Of a stretch of DNA of 64,000 bases, positions 59,581 to 64,000 are shown one piece after another. How positions within the stretch are numbered: the first letter of the stretch is position 1; every line of letters begins with the position of its first letter. The DNA comes from an uncultured Desulfosarcina sp. (GTDB lineage Bacteria > Desulfobacterota > Desulfobacteria > Desulfobacterales > Desulfosarcinaceae). The stretch spans positions 288,001 through 352,000 of the forward strand of contig CAXXWQ010000004.1 of the NCBI GenBank assembly GCA_963674945.2, written 5' to 3'. A model generated the notes under the pieces. That model saw nothing but the letters and a program-made list of their open reading frames with translations, searched no databases and was not told the origin of the DNA. The translations under genes and the position numbers were made by a program.

Positions 59581-61686
59581 CTACCCGTTAACCGCAAACG
59601 CGGGTGCCTGCCTGAGTTTGATCCATTGGTTGAAATGATAGGTGTAACTTCCGGTCTTGGTGGGCACGATGGGTTTGATTACCTTCCAGCCATGGGCTTC
59701 GGTGACGGACCGGACGATACGCTTGTCCAGCAGCGCAGTCCAGCGGCCGACGTACAAGAAGGTGTATGGTTGCTGATCGGCGATGATCTCGTGCAGGCGA
59801 TGGCAATATGCCACTTGCCTGTGGTGGTCATACTCCTGCCGGATCTTGAGGATCAAGTCGTCTGCCTCCGGATCGGAGAATCCGACGAAGTTGAGCTGGT
59901 AGGGCCCGCTCTGGCTGGAGTGCCAGATCTGAAACAGATCGGGATTGATGTCCAAGGACCAGCCTAAAACCAAAGCGTCGAAATCCAATTGGTCGACCCG
60001 CTTTTGGATGAAGACGCTCCACTCCAACAGATCCGTCTCCACCTGAATCCCGATCTTTTTCCACGCATCCTGGGCGATGGCAAGGATCGCCTTGCGCAAT
60101 GGATTGCCGTTGTTGGTAATCAGGGTAAAGGCCAGACGCTTTCCCTCTTTTTGCATATAACCATCGGTCCCCTGCGTGTATCCTGCTTGGGCCAAGAGCG
60201 CCACGGCCCCTTGCGGATCGTAGGGCAAAGGAGCGATCTTGTCATTGTAGTAATCGGTCTGTTTGGCAAAGGGGCCGGTGATGGCCTCTCCCTGGCCGTA
60301 GAGCACGAATTCGATAATCTTTTTGGTGTCGATGGCCATGCCCAGCGCACGCCTCACCCGTACATCGTCAAAGGGCTTTCGCCTAAGATTGTATCCGATG
60401 TAGGTATAGCCGAGGGCGGTGCCGGAAAAATGTTGAAAACGCGCATCTTTGGACAGACGCGCCACCTGATGGGGCTGCACGTTATAATCATCGATGGTTC
60501 CGGCGTAAAACTCCATCTCCTGGGTCAAGGGATCGGGAATAACGCGCATCACGTATTCGCGGTAGTTGGGTGGCCCCTCCCAGTATTGATCGAAACGTTT
60601 GAGCCGGACGTACTGGTCCGACTTCCACTCCTTAAACACGAAGGGACCGCAACCGATGGGATGCCGGCATAGCCTGCTCTGCCTCATGGTAAACATACTC
60701 GGGTCCACTTTCCGCTCGGCTGCCTCTCTGGCCAAGGCCGCATCGTTTAGCAGGTGGGAGGGCAGAATCTCCATGCTCCAGGTGGCAAAAGCGGGTGAAT
60801 AGAGCCGTTTGTAAACGATACGAACGGTGAGTGGATCCACCACCGTCACCTCTTTCACCGACTCGAAGTCGGAAATTCGGGGAGAAAGATTTTTCGGATC
60901 GATAATGGCCTCATAGGTGAACTTGACGTCATCGGCCGTCAGCGCGTGGCCGTCGTGAAACCGGACACCAGGCCGAAGATGAAACTCGATAATGGGGTTG
61001 TGGGCGGTCGCCGGCAAGAGTTTATCGGCTTGATCCGCCAATTGTGCTCCGATCCGGTAAAAATTACCCGCAACATATGACATCGGGTCGAAGGAGTCGA
61101 AATAATCCTCCCCCAGAATGTCGGCCAACCGATCGAAAAACATCTGATCCACCCGGTCCAGCCGAATCCGGACGCGGGCAGGCGCTTCGATCCGTAAAGG
61201 AACGGTTTCGTTCTTTTCTTCCATGCGAACGGACACCTGTCGAATGATCGTTTTCGATGGCATCAATTCCAGATACTGGACATGCGGCCATTGTTCTTTT
61301 TCCGATTCGAAGGTCTCTCGAAGATTCTCCACCAACTTGCCACCATCCACACGACCCCATAAGGCGGTGTCGGCCTCTTCGTGCACGTAGAAGAGCACGT
61401 CCTCGTATATTTTCCAGTCACGGGCCAGACGACCACGGAAGGCAAGGTTTTCATCCAGGTCGATGAGCCCTTCGAAGACCTTCTCGTTGATCTGGCTGCT
61501 GACGCTATCGGCGGATAAAATGGGATTGAGAATAGACGCATCGCCGGAAGATGCGGTCACAAACTGCACCAGCCGATCTGGATTGCCCTTGGTCTGCGCC
61601 TCGTATGTAGGCACCCAGAAATAGGAGATCAACAGTACGAAAGAGACGATGGCGGGAGCGATAATGAGAAAGCGTCGGACACCCAT
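59581..61686 (-). CDS. Peptide ABC transporter substrate-binding protein (family 5) with an N-terminal membrane anchor and a large insertion
   Basis: Motifs FHLRPGVRFHDG, TADDVKFT, PIGCGPF, FDDVRVRRAL and YDPQGA. Confidence 0.9.
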   Translation of the reverse strand: MGVRRFLIIAPAIVSFVLLISYFWVPTYEAQTKGNPDRLVQFVTASSGDASILNPILSADSVSSQINEKVFEGLIDLDENLAFRGRLARDWKIYEDVLFYVHEEADTALWGRVDGGKLVENLRETFESEKEQWPHVQYLELMPSKTIIRQVSVRMEEKNETVPLRIEAPARVRIRLDRVDQMFFDRLADILGEDYFDSFDPMSYVAGNFYRIGAQLADQADKLLPATAHNPIIEFHLRPGVRFHDGHALTADDVKFTYEAIIDPKNLSPRISDFESVKEVTVVDPLTVRIVYKRLYSPAFATWSMEILPSHLLNDAALAREAAERKVDPSMFTMRQSRLCRHPIGCGPFVFKEWKSDQYVRLKRFDQYWEGPPNYREYVMRVIPDPLTQEMEFYAGTIDDYNVQPHQVARLSKDARFQHFSGTALGYTYIGYNLRRKPFDDVRVRRALGMAIDTKKIIEFVLYGQGEAITGPFAKQTDYYNDKIAPLPYDPQGAVALLAQAGYTQGTDGYMQKEGKRLAFTLITNNGNPLRKAILAIAQDAWKKIGIQVETDLLEWSVFIQKRVDQLDFDALVLGWSLDINPDLFQIWHSSQSGPYQLNFVGFSDPEADDLILKIRQEYDHHRQVAYCHRLHEIIADQQPYTFLYVGRWTALLDKRIVRSVTEAHGWKVIKPIVPTKTGSYTYHFNQWIKLRQAPAFAVNG

Positions 61687-61895
61687 ATGGTTGACTTGCC
61701 GAATCGGGTAATGTGAGAGAGTTCCTATTGGTTCCGATAGTACAAAATACGTATCGAGATTAGGAAAAAGATCGATTGAAGTCAACAACAAGGAGGCAGG
61801 TGAACTTGACTTTCCCCGATCCGGGGCCATAGTTTATCCGTAAATCCGTGGGGATTTTCACCCGGTTTTCCAACCCCATGAAAGGATCCTTTCAT

Positions 61896-63122
61896 ATGAT
61901 CGAACAAAACGTTTCAACGCCCAGAAAAGAGATCGACGACCGCATCGAAAAATTCCAACGTCGGCTGGTTGCCGAATCGGTTGATGGTGCGCTAATCATA
62001 CAGAATACAGACCTTTTTTACTTTGCCGGAACCATCCAGCAATCCCATCTTTACATACCGGCCCAGGGCCGGCCCCTGCTCATGGTTCGAAAGAGCCTGG
62101 CACGCGCCAGGGCGGAGTCCCCCATGTCCCACATCGTTCCCATGGCCAGTCCCAAACAGCTGATGGCCCTGATCGAGGAAAACGGTCTGGAACCGCCCAG
62201 GGTGATGGGCATGGAACTGGATGTCCTGCCGGCGAACAACTATCTGTATTACAAGAAGCTGTTTCCTTCTCTTACGATAAAGGATGTCTCCGTGCCCATC
62301 CGCATGGTTCGGTCGGTGAAAAGCCCCTACGAGCTGGATCTGATCCGACAGTCCGCTTCATTTTCCGACCGCTTGGCCCGGACCATGCCCGAACTGTTGA
62401 AAGCGGGAATGACAGAAATCGAGCTGGCCGGTCTTGTGGAGGCCGAAGCACGGCGGCTGGGGCACCAGGGATTGGTTCGCATGCGATTGTGGGGTTCCGA
62501 AATGTTTTATGGCCATCTCATGGCCGGTCCCGCCGCAGCGGTTCCCAGCTACCTCGCCTCTCCCACCGGAGGAGCGGCCATCAACGCGGCCGTTGCACAG
62601 GGACCGAGCTTTCGCAAGATAAAATCCAACGAACCGATACTACTGGACTATGTGTTTGCATGGAAAGGGTATATCAGCGATCACACTCGCATCTACGCCA
62701 TCGGTGAAATCCCCCGGATGATGGCAGATGCCCATGACCACATGCTCGACCTCCAGGAACGGATCAAGGTCATGGCCACACCCGGCACAACGGCGGGGGA
62801 GTTATACGAAGCGGCTATGGATATCGCTGATCAAAAGGGATTGGGGGATTACTTCATGGGGTTTGGCGATGATCGGGTCCGATTCATCGGCCACGGCGTC
62901 GGACTGGAGTTGGACGAATTCCCCTTCCTCGCCAAGGGCCAGAAAATACCGCTTCGAGAAGGAATGGTCATCGCCCTCGAACCCAAGGCAATTTTCCCCA
63001 ATCAGGGGGTGGTCGGCATCGAGAACACCCACGTGGTCACCCCAAACGGGCTGGAACAATTGACCCATGCTGACCAGCGGATTATAACAGTTTCATCACA
63101 AAATGTTTTCCAGGCCAAGTGA
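61896..63122 (+). CDS. Xaa-Pro aminopeptidase/dipeptidase, M24 family
   Basis: Motifs RSVKSPYE, GYISDHTR, GHGVGLELDE, LEPK and GIENT. Confidence 0.92.
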   Translation: MIEQNVSTPRKEIDDRIEKFQRRLVAESVDGALIIQNTDLFYFAGTIQQSHLYIPAQGRPLLMVRKSLARARAESPMSHIVPMASPKQLMALIEENGLEPPRVMGMELDVLPANNYLYYKKLFPSLTIKDVSVPIRMVRSVKSPYELDLIRQSASFSDRLARTMPELLKAGMTEIELAGLVEAEARRLGHQGLVRMRLWGSEMFYGHLMAGPAAAVPSYLASPTGGAAINAAVAQGPSFRKIKSNEPILLDYVFAWKGYISDHTRIYAIGEIPRMMADAHDHMLDLQERIKVMATPGTTAGELYEAAMDIADQKGLGDYFMGFGDDRVRFIGHGVGLELDEFPFLAKGQKIPLREGMVIALEPKAIFPNQGVVGIENTHVVTPNGLEQLTHADQRIITVSSQNVFQAK

Positions 63123-63129
63123 TCAGCAG

Positions 63130-63560
63130 ATTAGCGGCTTTTTCCTCGACGCTGGAAGAGAGACGTTCCTCGCCGTCGAAGATCTAATTAACAGCGCCCA
63201 GGGTGCTTTTGAAGCCATGGTCCTTTTCCAGGCCGATGGTTTGATGAGTCAAGGTTTTTTCCAGCAAACCGACGGTGCGCCGAAGATCTTCGAGTTTCTG
63301 TGCCTGCTCCTATAGCCATTTTTCTTTCAGGATAAATCCGCGGATCAAATTCTCGCGTAACACGCGCTTGGCCCACTGGCGAAGCTGGGTGCCGCGGTTG
63401 GATTTTCCCGATAACCTACTGGAATAACGACATCCAGGTTGTGAAAAGATCCTTTGCGGCGAACCTTTCGTTTCTTCTCATTTTTAACTATTGAGGATTT
63501 TCCGGTAGTTCCTTTGCGGGGCAACTCATAGACAAAATATTTAGCCTGATAATCGATGAG
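63130..63560 (-). pseudogene. RhuM-family (virulence/Fic-associated) gene remnant
   Basis: HNLDVVIPVGYR and, in another frame, QLRQWAKRVLRENLIRGF recall the RhuM motifs YNLD.IISVGYRV and FRQWA..VL.E..IKGF. Confidence 0.55.
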
Positions 63561-63734
63561 TATCAATGGTTCCGTCAACCTTTTCTTTGTGCGCCGATAT
63601 TCATCCTTACGTTGCGATTGTGACATTAAATTTATGGAAGTCGAAGCAAGACAGCATGAGATCCATTTTAAATCAAATGGTTGGAATGAGATCACTAAAC
63701 TTGAAAACAGGAATAAAGTCAAGAAATCAGACCA

Positions 63735-63897
63735 GTCCGCAGACCATCCAATTTTTTCTCACCCAGGAGCAGTTCTTCAATGGGTTCGCATGCAATGGAA
63801 AGAATCAATCACCGGCGCTTGTGTGTACGGGTGCCCGGAGGGAACGAAGAGTTTCGCCGTTACCGTGTACGAACCCGAAGCACCGAGCGGATCGTGA
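63735..63897 (+). pseudogene. Truncated, frameshifted second copy of the YbhB/YbcL gene
   Basis: FLTQEQFFNGFACNGKNQSPAL and, in another frame, PEGTKSFAVTVYEPEAPSGS*. Aligns with 51640-51785. Confidence 0.8.
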
Positions 63898-64000
63898 TGA
63901 TGTAACCCCGTAAAAACTTTTTAATTGTTAAAAAAAGTTTTTATAAGAAACACAAAAAGGGAACAGCACCGTGGCTGCTCCCTTCCTGGTAATAAGGGGT

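Noticed and set aside
1..64000. CRISPR array or cas genes
   Set aside because: I saw no regularly spaced direct repeats with unique spacers. The repeats present are dispersed or palindromic.

Overview
The window looks like chromosome from an anaerobic deltaproteobacterium, most plausibly a Desulfobacterales sulfate reducer. This is inferred from gene content and from dispersed palindromic repeats; no search was run. Housekeeping and cofactor genes include partial trmJ, DAHP synthase, panC, tRNA-Trp, selA, hemC, cobA/hemD and moaA. Two cobalamin-riboswitch operons are present: ABC transporter-cbiA-cbiC-cbiL-Gate protein, and a deleted TonB receptor-periplasmic cbiK-cbiF. Also present are a fatty-acid uptake/activation cluster, a BigR/SqrR-type ArsR-YeeE/YedE sulfur module, a PAS hybrid kinase, a peptide ABC transporter, one complete IS1380 element and several gene remnants. 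Two loci stand out. (1) A MamK-like actin with no magnetosome genes nearby sits 1 nt downstream of a membrane-anchored peptidoglycan amidase behind a sigma-54 promoter, followed by secreted beta-propeller/FN3 and S8 protease genes. (2) An AmmeMemoRadiSam-type operon appears to be exported: the radical SAM enzyme has a Tat signal and a CxxCH motif, the AmrB-AmrA fusion has a signal peptide split by IS1380, and a membrane protein with a degenerate spermidine-synthase domain follows. In addition, cbiA appears to start at a non-canonical ATT codon. All family calls come from recognising motifs by eye.
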